Origin: Lama glama
Taxonomy: Eukaryota
DNA: 64,000 bases
Reading direction: 5' to 3'
NCBI GenBank assembly: GCA_028534125.1
Contig: CM052816.1
Location: 1,488,001 to 1,552,000 of the forward strand
In this document: positions 51,261-64,000 of the stretch, one piece after another
How positions within the stretch are numbered: position 1 is the first letter of the stretch
Layout of the letters: the number at the start of each line of letters is the position of its first letter
The notes under the pieces: model-generated
Told to the model about the DNA's origin: nothing
Seen by the model: the letters and a program-made list of their open reading frames with translations, nothing else
Databases searched by the model: none
Translations under genes and position numbers: made by a program

Positions 51261-53543
51261 TACAAATGTGGTTATTTCAGGGAACAGAGAAGAAATTATT
51301 CGTAGAATAACTAGGTTAACTTCTTGCAGGACATGCAGCAAAGACTTTTTTTGCAAACTAGAGAATATTTGGGTAAGTACAAAAGCGAGGATTCTATGTT
51401 CTGAACAAATTTATAAAGACAACATGAAAGAGGATAAAAGAAGAAAGGGAATGTGGAAACAGTCTGATGACAGAAAGGGCACCATACAGACGGTCAGGGT
51501 TCTAGCCCTTCCTTGGATACCAGCCAACCTGATGGCCTTAGGAAAGCTGCTTTTCCTTTTTGGGACTTCGTTTTCCTTTATGTTAAGCACGAAATTGGAC
51601 TTGTACGTCTCTAAGATTCCCTCCGGCTCTACCTTCCATGGGTCTGTGAAACCTGAAAAGGCTGCTCACAGTCCTGTGCATTTAGACATCTCCATAGAGT
51701 TCCTTACACGCTCTTGGAATATAGATTCTTCTTGGTCTTTTGTCATCCCCTCCACCCCCTACTTCTTATCCACTTGGCAAAGTGCAATCTCTTCCCTTCA
51801 TGTTCTGAATGAAATGGAAATGGACAAGCTACATTTGGTGAAAAGCCACGACTTTTAAGCTTTGAAAGCCCTTGACTGTGCCCAGAGAAAGCTCCCCTCT
51901 GAGTGAGGGTGATGAAAGCAGTGGGAAGGGGCCGCCTGGTTAATTGTGCTTCTGCGGAGATTAAAGCATGAGCCGGGAACTTGGAGGAACTTTGCTCTTT
52001 CTAAGCTGTCTTCCTCTGCCCTCTTCCCTTTCTGTGAAAAAAGACTTTGGCATCAAGGTCTAAATTAAGATCCAAGCTGTATTATATGCAAAATAGATAC
52101 TGCACTGGTCTTATCTCAGCGCAGCCTGTAGCATCTGCTGAAATGGCATCGTGTATCCCCCAAAGAAATATTTTCATGTTCAAAAATCCAGTGAAGATTG
52201 ACACCAGTTCTCACCTGGGCTCACATTCTTGGTTGGAATGTGTTCTAGCTAAAAACGGTTGAAGAAAGACGTGTAAAAATAATTAGAAGTCTTCAGGCTG
52301 GATTTGAAAGGGGGACTTACATAGTCATGTATCTTTGAATTCTAACACTATTATGCAAATTTATTTGTTTATTTACTGTAAATAGACAATTTTATTTATT
52401 TACTTACTTACTTACTATCTGTCACCACCTGGAAGGCAGAGACTTCATCTTCTTTCGCACTGAATACTCTAAGCCTGGCACAGACTGATTGATCAATATA
52501 TGTTTATTGAATGAGTGAATGGTCAAATGTTAAGTAGTGAAGGATTTATGTGAGCTCTTTTAATTAACCAGAAATGTAAATAGCTGCTGTCAGAGTTTTT
52601 GATTCAGTGAGAAAACCGCAGATACTACACAGAGCTCATATCCTTCCAGCTTAAAACAAAGACGCCTGACACTGTACGCACCTTCATGCAGGTGGCTGCG
52701 TGGTGTTAATCTGGCTTTTGTAAACAGTTCATGGTCCTGGGGTTCAGAGAACCCAGTATGGGCATCTTTGATCTCTCTTAACCCTTTCATTTTGCATGGA
52801 ATGTACACAAAAAGATTTGCGTTCTTAGCAGATGCCCAAGACTCCTGTTTAGAGAAAACTATGCCATTATTGAGACGATGCTTGGTTGGATACGCCTGCT
52901 TGGCCAGGAAGTCCCTGCAGTCCCACAAATGTTGGCCAACCTCAAGGCTCTTGGAAAAGGGGCAGAACTGTTGCACTCCAGGCGTTTTTGGGGTCCTGGA
53001 GGAAGGAGAGAGAGGAGACAGTTGGCCAGATGGGGTGGGGTGAGGGTGAGGCTGAACTGTGAGCTGTGCCTCTTCCTGGGACCTCTCACGTTGTTTTTAA
53101 GGTCACTAAACCCATGGACTCCTACTTGCATTTTCCTTTTTTCTTCTCTGGATGTGTAGGACCCGAGTTTCTCATCTGGGATGACAGTATTTGCAGACTC
53201 AAAGTCAAAAAGGCCCGTGATAAGCCATGCCCTTGAGGACTTGGAGATATCATGTCTGCCCCAGGCAGTGGCTAGGGAGATGTCTGAGCTGTGGTTATTT
53301 AGATTTCTGAGGGATGGGCAGCTCCAGCTGACACTGGGTTTGCAAGCAGTTGAGGGAGCTAAGGCAACAAGACATTGGTAAACAAACAAACACAACACAA
53401 CAAAAAAGATTCTGGTTCTAGAGCCAAATACCCTGTACTTGAGTCAGAATTCCAGCTGTCATAACAGTTTCAATGACCCTACTCAAGTCAAACAAATTTC
53501 TTCTGCATAGCACGGGGAACTAGATTCAATATTGTGAACAAAA

Positions 53544-54043
53544 NNNNNNNNNNNNNNNNNNNNNNNNNNNNNNNNNNNNNNNNNNNNNNNNNNNNNNNNN
53601 NNNNNNNNNNNNNNNNNNNNNNNNNNNNNNNNNNNNNNNNNNNNNNNNNNNNNNNNNNNNNNNNNNNNNNNNNNNNNNNNNNNNNNNNNNNNNNNNNNNN
53701 NNNNNNNNNNNNNNNNNNNNNNNNNNNNNNNNNNNNNNNNNNNNNNNNNNNNNNNNNNNNNNNNNNNNNNNNNNNNNNNNNNNNNNNNNNNNNNNNNNNN
53801 NNNNNNNNNNNNNNNNNNNNNNNNNNNNNNNNNNNNNNNNNNNNNNNNNNNNNNNNNNNNNNNNNNNNNNNNNNNNNNNNNNNNNNNNNNNNNNNNNNNN
53901 NNNNNNNNNNNNNNNNNNNNNNNNNNNNNNNNNNNNNNNNNNNNNNNNNNNNNNNNNNNNNNNNNNNNNNNNNNNNNNNNNNNNNNNNNNNNNNNNNNNN
54001 NNNNNNNNNNNNNNNNNNNNNNNNNNNNNNNNNNNNNNNNNNN
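53544..54043. other. Assembly gap (500 N)
   Basis: Run of N. Confidence 1.
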
Positions 54044-55070
54044 GGGGAGGGGGTCCGGCTGGACACTCAGCCGTCTGTGTTCAAGAACCAACTCAATTTT
54101 TTGTGTGGATGTAGGAGGATCATTTCCCATCTCAGGGCCTCAGTCAATGTAAGCAAAAAGTTTAAAGGTTTGGCTTAAACAAATTTTAAGTGTCTTTCCA
54201 TATGTAATATTACGTTATTCTAATAACTGAAGCCAGTTTCATCGCTGGTTGAAAGGGAAGTCATCCCTTTTTGGACTTCTGTGTGCTCTTTGCATTGGGT
54301 CTCCATAAGTCCACGTGCTGGCTGCACAGTAGACAGATTTCTGTTTTCAAAGAGAAATTCCAGGCAGCGAGCTCTCACTTAATTTCAAATCGTCGCCTTT
54401 GTCTAGTCACCTAGGCTCCTTCTCCTGTCCCTGTGCTCTGCCCTTGGCATCTGCCTGGGCTTGTCCAAGGGGGTTCAGATTTATGTGGAATTCACATTGT
54501 CTTTGAAGATGACAGACTTCTTAGGGCTGCAATGACGAAAATGTGGGACTTTGTGCGTGAGAAATTGTACAAGTTCCAGATGATGTCATCTTTCTCCAGG
54601 GAAAACTTTTTTCTTCTGGCCAGTGGTTAGAGAAAGGAAAGATCCTGTCTATCCAATCGGGGACAGAGATGGGTCTCAACTGAGAGTTAATGGGGGTTAG
54701 TTTATTTCCAGTTTGTCCCTTACTCTTGGTCTTAACTGGAGGCCCGGAGTGTTTACTAGGGCTTCTCATTCTTATGTCTATGATCTTCAGCTTGTCTCTC
54801 TAGCTCTGTGAGAGTTATTTAGCTTTTGACCAGCTGCCTTCTGCTTGATTTCTTGGCTTTCCTCTCCCACTCAGTGTAGGATGCAGCAAATTCCTTAAGG
54901 TAAAAAGTGGAGCAAAATGTCAGGCTCACTTGTCTTGGAGCCTGTTTCCCCTTGAATCTTGTGTCCCCAAGTCCTGGCTGCTTGGGTGCCTCTCTGATGC
55001 CATCAAACAGATTATTTTTGGTCTCTGAATTTAATCTATTTTTTTTCTAGTTATTTTAAATTAAAAGTAA

Positions 55071-56600
55071 TGGGGAATAACCCTCCCAGGTTTCAGACAA
55101 TACTACAGAGCTACAGTAATCAAAACAGCATGGTATTATTACAAAAACAGACATATGGACCAGTGAAACAGAATAGACTGCCCAGAAATGAATCCACAAA
55201 CTTTTGATCAATTAATCTTTGACAAAGCAGATGAGAACATATAATGGAGTAAAGACAGTCTCTTTAGCAAATGGTGTTGGGAAAATTGAACAGTAGCATG
55301 TAAATTAATGACGTTAGAACACTCCCTCACACCATACACAGAAATAAACTCAAAATGGATTAAAGACTTAAACAGAAGATAAGACACAATAAACCTCCTA
55401 GAAGAAAACATAGGCAAAACGTTATCTGACATACATCTCAGCAATGTTCTTCTAGGGCAGTCTATCCAAGCAATAGAAATAAAAACAAAAATGAACAAAT
55501 GGGACCTAATTAAACTTACAAGCTTTTGCACAGCAAAGGAAACCATAAGCAAAACAAAATGACAACCTACGGAATGGGAGAAAATATTTGCAAAGGATGA
55601 GACTGACAAGGGCTTGATTTCCAGAATATATAAACAGCTCATATGACTTAATAAGTAAAAAACAAATGACCCAATTCAAAAATGGGCAGAAGACCTAAAC
55701 AAGCAATTCTCCAATGAAGACATATGAATGACCAATAGGCACATGAAAAAATGCTTAATCTCACTAACTATCAGAGAAATGCAAATCAAAACTACAATCA
55801 GGTATCACTTCACACCGGTCAGAATGGCCATTATTCAAAAGTCCACAGATGATAAATGCTGGAGAGGCTGTGGAGAAAAGGGAACCCTCCTACACTGCTG
55901 GTAGGAATGCAGTTTGGTGCAGCCACTGTGGAAAACAGTATGGAGATTCCTCAAAGAACTAAAAACAGCAATTCCATTCCTAGGCACATATCCAGAGGGA
56001 ACCCTAATTCAAAATGACACCTGCACCCCAGTGTTCATAGCAGCACTATTTACAATAGCCAAGACATGGAAACAACCTAAACGTCCATCGACAGAGGACT
56101 GGATAAAGAAATTGTGGTCTATTTATATAATGAAATACCACTCAGCCATAAAAAATGATAAAATGCCATCTGCAGCAACATGGATGGCCCTGGAGTATGT
56201 CATTCTAAGTGAAGTAAGCCAGAAAGAGAAAGTAAAATACCGTATGAGATCGCTCATATGTGGAATCTAAAAAAAAAAGACAAATGAACTTACATATAAA
56301 ACAGGAACAGACTCACAGACATAGAATACAGATGAGGGGAAGAGGGTGGGAAGGGATAAACTGGGAGTTCGAGATTTGCAGATACTATTATATATAAAAT
56401 AGATAAAAAAGTTTATACTGTATAGCACAGGGAAATATATTCAATACCTTCTAGTAGCTCACGGTGAAAAAGAATATGAAAATAAATAGATGCATATTCA
56501 TGAATGACTGAAGAATTGTGCTGTACACCAGAAACTGACACAACATTGTAAACTGACTATATGTCAATAAAAAAATAAAGTAAGATAAAAATAAGAAAAG
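55071..56600 (+). mobile_element. Young 5'-truncated LINE-1, same subfamily as the 9550 copy
   Basis: ORF 55914-56270 is the L1 ORF2 C-terminus. From 55539 it is nearly colinear with the 9550 copy. It has an A-rich tail and TSD taaaagtaa (55062-55070 / 56601-56609), and sits inside an older minus-strand L1-like fragment (about 54640-55060, resuming near 56610). Confidence 0.96.
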
Positions 56601-56769
56601 TAAAAGTAACAGGAGGGTTGGTCTAACATAAGCTACTCCCTCACAGCTGGAAGCAGAAATTCCATAATGGGTTAATTTTAACTGTCACCTTCAAGAGGCA
56701 ACTGTCTGCATGCTATGGTGGAATAACCTCAGAGTCACATGGAGCCTGGTTTGAATTCCAATATTGATT

Positions 56770-57605
56770 TTCATTCATTTAGTCAAGAAATATTTATCAC
56801 GTGCCAACAATATTCAGGGTACTGCACACAGGCACTAGGGAGACAGTGGTGTACAAAACATGAGGTCTCTGTTCTTACAAAGTCTTCTTGGGAGGTATGT
56901 ACATGAAATAATATGTAGATACAGATTACGTAGTAAGATCTTTGAAGAAAGAGAACATGGTCCCCAGTTAGAGAATAACAAGGTAGAAATAATTTAGAGG
57001 GAGTGCGTGGTCAGGGAAAGCCTCTTTGAGGAGTCACGTAGGTTGAGAGCTGAAGGCTACACTGCAGTTAGTAGGATGGAAAATGTGGGTGTTGGGTGGG
57101 TGGGAGCATGCCAAGCGTAAGGACCAGCATATGCAAAGACCACGAGACAGTCACGCTGATGAACTAGGGTAACAAAAGGAAAGTGAATGTGGATGAAACA
57201 CACAGGTCAAGGGTGAGATGAGGTGGGATCGGGGCAGGGATTAGGATTGCTGGTCTAGGAAAGAAGTTCCGGTTTTATCTCAGGAGGACAGGGGAGCCAT
57301 TGCAAGGCTTTTGAGCAGGGGAGTGAAGAAATATATTTTATTGGATGAATATTATCCTGGCCGTTGTGAGGACAATGGATTTGGGTTGCGGCAGGGCAAG
57401 AGTTAGGGAAACCTCATGCAAAGTGATTGGGGTGGTCCGGTGAGGGTGGTGTGTATGACAGTGACGGCAATGGAGACGGGAAGGGTGCTGGATCAGAAAC
57501 ACTGTGGAGAAAAGGAGCAATAGGATTTGGTGGTGGATCAGACTGGAGGGGCAGGGAGAATGAGGAATCAACAGTGAGCCCCAGGTTGCTGGCTTGAACA
57601 ACCAA
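56770..57605 (-). mobile_element. L2 fragment including the 3' end
   Basis: ttcattcatttagtcaagaaatatttatcacgtgcca...gtggtcagggaaagcctctttgaggag...ggggagccattgcaaggcttttgagcaggggagtga. Confidence 0.85.
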
Positions 57606-57632
57606 AGTGGCCATGTGTGGATCTGCAGTCAC

Positions 57633-58093
57633 TGTATTAATTTGCCACAGCTACTGTGACAATGTATCACAAACCAGTGGCTTACACAACAGAACTTTAT
57701 CATGTCACAGTTCTGGAGGCTGGAAAGATGAGACCAAGGTGTTGGCAGAGCTAGTTCCTTCTAAGGGCTGTGAAAGAATCTGTGCCATGCCTCTCCTCTA
57801 GCTTCTGGTGGTTTGCCGGCAACCTTGGGCATTCCTCGGCTTGTAGATGCTTCAGCCCGCTCTCTGCCTTCGTCTTTACATGGCGTTTTCCCTCTGGGTA
57901 TGCCTCTATGCCCAAACTTCCCCTTTTTATAAGGATACCAGTCATATTGGACCAGGGCCCACTGTAATGACCTCATCTTACTTACCTAATTACATTCCCA
58001 ATGACTCTTTCCAAATAAAGTCACATTCTGGGGCACTGGGAGTTGGGACTTCAACACCAACATGTATTTTTGTGGAAGACACAATTTAACCCA
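57633..58093 (-). mobile_element. MLT1C-type MaLR solo LTR
   Basis: cacagttctggaggctggaaag...ctctagcttctggtggtttgccggcaaccttgggcattcctcggcttgtag...ttccaaataaagtcacattctg. 5-bp TSD gtcac (57628-57632 / 58094-58098). Confidence 0.9.
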
Positions 58094-58250
58094 GTCACTT
58101 AGTATCTCTGTGCCTCAGTTTTTTCACCTGCAGACTGGGGACAAAAATACTTGCCTCACAGAGGTGTTATGAGGAATAAACAAGAAGATATATTTAACAT
58201 GCCAAGAATAATATTTGGCACATAATGGAATTCAGGAATTGTTAGCCCCA
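58094..58250 (+). mobile_element. MIR SINE 3' part, abutting the MLT1C
   Basis: gtcacttagtatctctgtgcctcagttttttcacctgcagactgggg...gtgttatgaggaataaa. Confidence 0.75.
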
Positions 58251-59789
58251 TTCTGCTCTGTTGCCTAATCTGGAGAGAATGGGGAACTTCAGATCAGGAG
58301 GGAGGAGTGGAGAATCCATTAGGGAGGCCCCCTGGGGCACTTGGGGGTCTCAAGGTGTCTCCCAAGACCATGCTCTGTTGGTGACTGCCTCCAAAGCTAG
58401 GTAGGCTAGGTTCCACAGGTTAGGCCACCCCAAAAGTTGGAGGAATGTTTGAGACTGTGCTGCCCAGACTGACCCGTGAGTTCAAATAGTGCTTTGGGCA
58501 AGCACATGCCTGCTCTGGGCCTGAGATTTCAAGGCACTATTTGTTTGTTGGCTGAACACATATGTTGAGTGAGAAAGCCACAGGGCACTTACTGTGTGCC
58601 AGGCCCTGGCTGGTTTATATCCACGCTCTAATTTCATGCTCTCAGTAGCCCCGTGAGATTTCATAGGTGGGGAGCCTTGGCCTTGGAGAGGTTCAATCAC
58701 TTGTCTAAAAGGTCATACAGTAAGTGGTGGGATTGACACAGGTCTGTCCTCCCTCACCATCTGGGTTCTGAACTTCTCTGTTCCCTGCCTTTAATATTCG
58801 GTACTCCCAACGTTCCTGCTGACATGCTCACACTTCCTCCTCTACCTCTGATGCTCCATCAATGACGCTGGACCCTGGTACAGCACAGACACAGGACACA
58901 AGGGAGACCAGAACCCAGAACGTGGCTGCTGCATGTGCCCCTCCCAGTTTCCCAGTCTTGCCCGGGGAAGCCCATTAAACATGAGAGGAGCAGTTACAAG
59001 CTGCAATCAGAGGCTCATGAATCAGAGATTCCTTCCCTTTAAATATTTTGACTCGCTTGCCATTTATTTGAGCTCTAGTCCATATTTTTGTCTCTGTCTT
59101 TCTGAAACAGATTTCAAAAGGGGTGGTAGAAGTGGGCGCGGAGATGGAAGCTTCTCTTTTTTGATAATTAGCTAGGATTGTTCACTGCAGGCTGATTGTA
59201 CCCTTAGGTAATTTCGGGCTTCCTTCTTGTTGCCCCTAATAATAATTCTGATTTCTTCTGCCGATGTCTGGGCTGCTCCTGCAATGGTGAGGAATTGTGT
59301 GGGGATTCAGAGGCAGCAGCTATGACAGTGCTACTAGAATATTAGAACCTGAAAGTCACTCAGATGGCGTCCCTCGTATAGGATGTGGCTTTAGTGGATG
59401 CATGATCCTCATTGCGCCTTCTTTCATAGTAGAAGAGGGGAAGGCACAAAGGATGGTAGGAAAAGGAAGACCACTTGAGTCTGACCTACAGGACATCAAA
59501 AGCTCAGAGCTACAAAGGGAAGGTAAACCAATCTGGACTTGCCTTCTTTTTCCCTGTTGGTATTTAAAATATATTTTAATGGAAACACATTCTCACCATC
59601 TTTAAATAAAGATGATTTACATTTTTTAAAATCTGAAACCGCTCTGGCATTAGGACCTAATTGCATCCTGGTCCACAGGGTTCAGATGCCGCAGTGCTTG
59701 TGGGGCAGGCGTTACACGTGTCCTCCTGTGCTGGGACTGCTGGAAGTCCTGGTGGCATCTTCAGGGGCTTGATTCTGATCAAATGCTTA

Positions 59790-59900
<111 letters not shown>

Positions 59901-62900
59901 TTATTCTGGTAACCATATGCAGTTTACCATATCCATATGCTGTGGATCCCTGCCTTATTTTTCAAGGGCTGCAAGTGAAGGCTGACACACGTTACATGGC
60001 CAGTAAGTTGTGATGAATCCAATCTGTACAATGAGAGACTCTCCACCTTTTGTCACTGTTTGCAGTCTGCCTGCTGGCTGCTCACCCACCGAGCGCAATC
60101 TCTGCAGTGAATATGGCGATTATCCTTTTTAGAGGCGACCAAGGGAAAGCTGAGCAGAGGAAGGAGCTTGCCTTCTTAACATTAACAATAATAACCACCT
60201 TTTGAGAGTCTGCTAAGGTAGGTACTCTAACCCTCCCCACTTCTTAATATATAAAAAATGAGACTCCGTGAGGTTACATAATACGTCCCAACTCAGTCCT
60301 TTGGAAAACAGCAGACTTGGGGGCCAAACTCAAACTGTCTACAACTAGGGCTCCTATATTCTTGACCAATACATCCACAAGTTCAGATTTGCAAAGTCAA
60401 GTCATTTAAGGTCTCAGGATAGCCGATGGCCATCTTGGGAAAACAGCCCTGCCCAAATCACAGCCATCTATCAAGGGCTTATAACGAACCATCACTGTGC
60501 GGAATAAACACTTAAATGCATTGTTTTGCTTAATTCTCACAGTGATCCTAATGAAGATCATTTCCTGTGATCACTCCCATTTTATACGTGAAGAAACTTA
60601 GGTTCAGAAATAAGAAGTCACATCCTTGTGCTGTGCCGCGAGTAAATGGTGCAGCTGTATTTTATTTTATTTTCGTTATTCCACTCTCAACATCAATGAC
60701 TTGGAAATTTTTTTATCAGCTGGAGATTTAAATTGATGGCAATTTTATGACTCTAAAAGCAACATGATTAGTAACCATGTGTTGTCTTCTCCTTGGTAGG
60801 AGTATATCCTGTATGAGTCTTTTTTCAGTACCTTAAATACACATGGCCCGAGCAATCACACATTTCCTGGCAGGCTCTGAGCTTTTTGCTAACTCTAATT
60901 CTCTTCCCTTCAGGGCTCAGATCACATCCTTCTGTCCTCAGATCCTATGAGGTCTGGCAAATCCAGCAGGGCTCAAATGAAGCCCTTTGTAGTGTCCTCT
61001 GCTCCTGTGAACCCTAGGCTTTTCCTTCTGTTGAGCAACCCTCCCTCCACACCAAATTGTCATCTGGCCCCCTTGCATCTCCCTCCTCTGGGTCCCACTT
61101 ATGCCCTCCACGCCCAAAAGGCCCAGTTTCCATTCTTCCCCCTGTAAATAGTCTTTAACAGTGGACTGGAAAGAAGCCCAAGGTCCCTTAAAACCATTCT
61201 TGCCTGGGGAGGGCCTCTCATTTCCCTCCAAAGGAGGCAAGAAATACAGAAAAGAAAAATGGCTAACCACGCTGAGTGATTATGGATAAAAGCAAAAGTC
61301 AGCACAATCATTTCCTGACACACATGGTAAAGCCTCGACTACATGAAAACAGCAGGGTGCGGAATTCTGCGTAATGGAATTTTCTGGATACCTCAGGATT
61401 CATCTTTCTGCAGTTTACTCTCCTGCTCCCGTAAGGGCAGCAGAGCAGACAGAATGACTCTCTGCTGCTCGAGGACCACTCCTGGGCAGCCACGGCTTCC
61501 ACAGTTCCGCAGGCAGACGCAAGCCTGGGATCGCCCTCCCCTCGTGAGACGTGCTGCGTCTCAAGGGTTCTGTCTCTGCAGATTTTCTTCCCTGATTTTC
61601 AGCCCCTACATTTTGTTAGAAGTTAAAAATAATCTTTAGGCTGATATTTCTAATCTTTAGAGAGCAGGGCTTTTTTTTTTTTTTTTTACAAAACATTTTT
61701 ATTTGGTCCTTTGGAGCCTGAGGCTGGGAACACCCGTGGAGTCATCCTATAGAGATGGTACTAACAATTGATAAAATAGTCTGTGCGTCAGAAGAGCTGC
61801 CATATGTACAGGGTTAAAAATAGTCACAGCTCAGGTAAAAGCAGAAAGTATAAAGGAGGCCCTAGGGGTAGTCTAGTGCTTCTGGGTGCTTCTTCGGGTG
61901 TAAACCACCCCCTCTGCAAGCCCCACGGAAAGTGAGGGGCTGAGGGCAGGGCTACCTGGGGGCCACGGGGCAGGGGGAGCCAAGTGGACTTCGGGGAAGC
62001 TGGCCTCAGACGTCCCTGGGCAGACAGAGCTCAGGGCAGAGCAGCCATGGGGAGGATGCTGGGCTTCTGAGGTGGGGTGGAGGGGCTGCACCCTGTGCGT
62101 GCCTGGACAGGGCTGGCCAGGGATTTCTGCTGGACCGTGTTACTCCCCACAGAGGTCAGGTGGCGCTGAGGACAAGCTACCTCACCCAGCAGCAGAGCCG
62201 GGCCCAGGCCCACCTGACCTGCTGGCGGAGCAGGGCTTCTTGTGTCTGCTCACTCCGTCACCCTGACTGGAAGATGGCCACGTGTCTCCAAGCATCTAGT
62301 GCTCAGCCACCAGGGCGTTCATGACGGTGGAGAGCTCTCTGATTCTGCAGGATTTGTCTGATAGCCTGTCTCCCAGCATGAAGGAGAAGTAAGGCACCTC
62401 CCACTTACTTCTTTTAATCCTTAAAACAAACCAGAGATACAGGCATTTATTATCCACTCCTTAGAGCCTGGGGAAACTGAGGTTCAAAGAGATCAACTGT
62501 GCTGCCTAAAGTCAGCGAGGAGGTGCTAAGGGGGGATGTGCATTTAAGACTCTGCCTTTGACGCAGTCGCTTTCCCTGCTGGCCCCCACAGCTGGAATGC
62601 AGTCCAGATCCGGGAAGGGGAGGCCCTGGTGTGCCTGGCAAAGGTACGTTCTGGAGGCCTCATCCTCCTTGAAGGTCTAACTGCAGCAACATGGTCATCG
62701 AACCACCTCATCTAGTGCTTCCCTCCCTTTCCTGAGCTCCTCCACCTGCCCTCCTCCCTCCCCAGCAAATAACCCTCCCTTTCGTAAGGTCAGCCTGGGA
62801 GCAGTTTTCTTATCATCTCTGATGTGAGTTCATTTCCCAAACCAGTGATGCCTGGCTACGCAGCTCAGCCAAACCTGGTAACATTTCTGAATTTAATTTA

Positions 62901-62999
62901 CCTCCCTGTATAGAGGGACTCATAATTCCTCAGAGTAATATACAGTGTCCCAAGCACATTTCCATTCCCATGGTTTTATTTTGTCCCCAGGAAGTTAAA

Positions 63000-63225
63000 T
63001 TAATAATAATTTTTTTTTAAAAGCTCACAGTTATCGAGCACCTAGGTGCCAGGAAGCAAATCTGTTCACATTCGTGTTCTGGTTTTTCTTCACAATACTT
63101 CCATGGAGCAGGTATTTCATTATTTCCAGTTTATGAACTAGGAAACTGAGATTAAGTAATTTATCCAAAGTTGCCTTCCCAAGAAGTAGAGGAGACTGAA
63201 TTAAGTGCTCAGATTCCACCTTCTA
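63000..63225 (-). mobile_element. MIR SINE
   Basis: ccagtttatgaactaggaaactgagattaagtaatttatccaaagtt is the reverse MIR core. More than 20 further MIR fragments across the window are not listed individually. Confidence 0.7.
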
Positions 63226-64000
63226 ATCTCCATTAGATTATAAAGCCTTCTTCCCACTTTTCAGGTGTCACGACACGTGCTTAAATTCACATCAGCAGAA
63301 TGAGGAGCAGAACCAGCCTGCGGCTTAACTTTATAGGGACGGGGCTTTTGTGACGCAATCACAGGCCTCATAAGAATGTGGAGACTCAGAGATTCGGTGA
63401 CTCCACGGAACAATCTGTGTTTGGGTGAAACCTCTAGGCGCAGCCTCCTCCCCGCCAAGGTCTGGAGGCTGCCTGAGGTCTTTCCTCAGGAGGCTGGCCC
63501 TCCCTGTCCACTGCCCTCTAAGGGAGCTCACTGGCTCTGTGCCCATGCCCATGCCCATGCCTGGAATTTACGGCCCCGGCTGCCCTTCCGCCCCGGAGGT
63601 CCTTCCACACCTTCCAGAGCCTGGACTGAGGCCTGAGGCCCAAGGACCTGGCTCTCCCAGAAGGCACTGCTCCCGGCTGGCAAGGTGCCGGCCGTGGGTG
63701 GGGTGGGCTCAGGCTGGGGCAGGGGAGGACGGAGTGGAGAGACAGTTTGATTCTGTGCCCTGACCCTGGCGTGGAGAGACGCTCGGGGGAGTTTGCGTCC
63801 CAGTGACCAGCTCCAGAAGCTTTCAGAGATCTTAGATTCCTGACTTGGCCCCGAATAACCCCCTGCTGGATCTGCTCATGTCTCCACTGCCAGAAAGCCC
63901 AAGGATGACACAAGTCCTCTCCTACGGAGACCTCCCATCCCCAAGCCCCCTTGGGTGCACACACTGGGGCCCTCCACACAGGGACGTGTCCTCCAGACAG

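Noticed and set aside
51226..51858. 210-aa plus-strand ORF
   Set aside because: Non-ATG start, begins in an LTR tail and runs through a MIR relic (about 51480-51645); no recognisable homology.
53483..54178. ORFs of about 200 aa spanning the N run
   Set aside because: Artefacts of translating the assembly gap.
55208..55642. Hydrophobic minus-strand ORF ([14 protein letters not shown]...), also at 38375-38752
   Set aside because: This is the familiar antisense translation of L1 ORF2, not a membrane-protein gene.
63541..63561. (GCCCAT)3 tandem repeat
   Set aside because: Too short to be meaningful; simple slippage.

Overview
This is mammalian genomic DNA, very likely from a camelid (alpaca, llama or camel), judged from two tRNA-derived Vic-1-type SINEs. 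It is repeat-rich and looks intergenic or intronic. I find no intact protein-coding gene, rRNA, functional tRNA or CRISPR array. Nearly all listed ORFs are chance frames or decayed LINE sequence. Well-supported content: five L1 3' segments, all on the + strand and several with target-site duplications; a decayed minus-strand L1 region including ORF1; L2, L3/CR1 and many MIR relics; several MaLR (MLT1) solo LTRs, one interrupted by a MER41-like ERV LTR; a Tigger7/MER44-type MITE with TIRs and TA duplications; hAT-Charlie relics; a 5'-truncated SNRPG processed pseudogene with poly(A) and TSD; microsatellites; and two assembly gaps. The leads worth checking are a possible minus-strand non-coding exon and promoter near 1.7-2.4 kb, a possible + strand exon near 59.9 kb, some enhancer-like unique islands and small mutational oddities in the L1 copies. 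I found no convincing novel biological system. Repeat family names come from recalled consensus sequences, not a database search, and boundaries of old elements are approximate.
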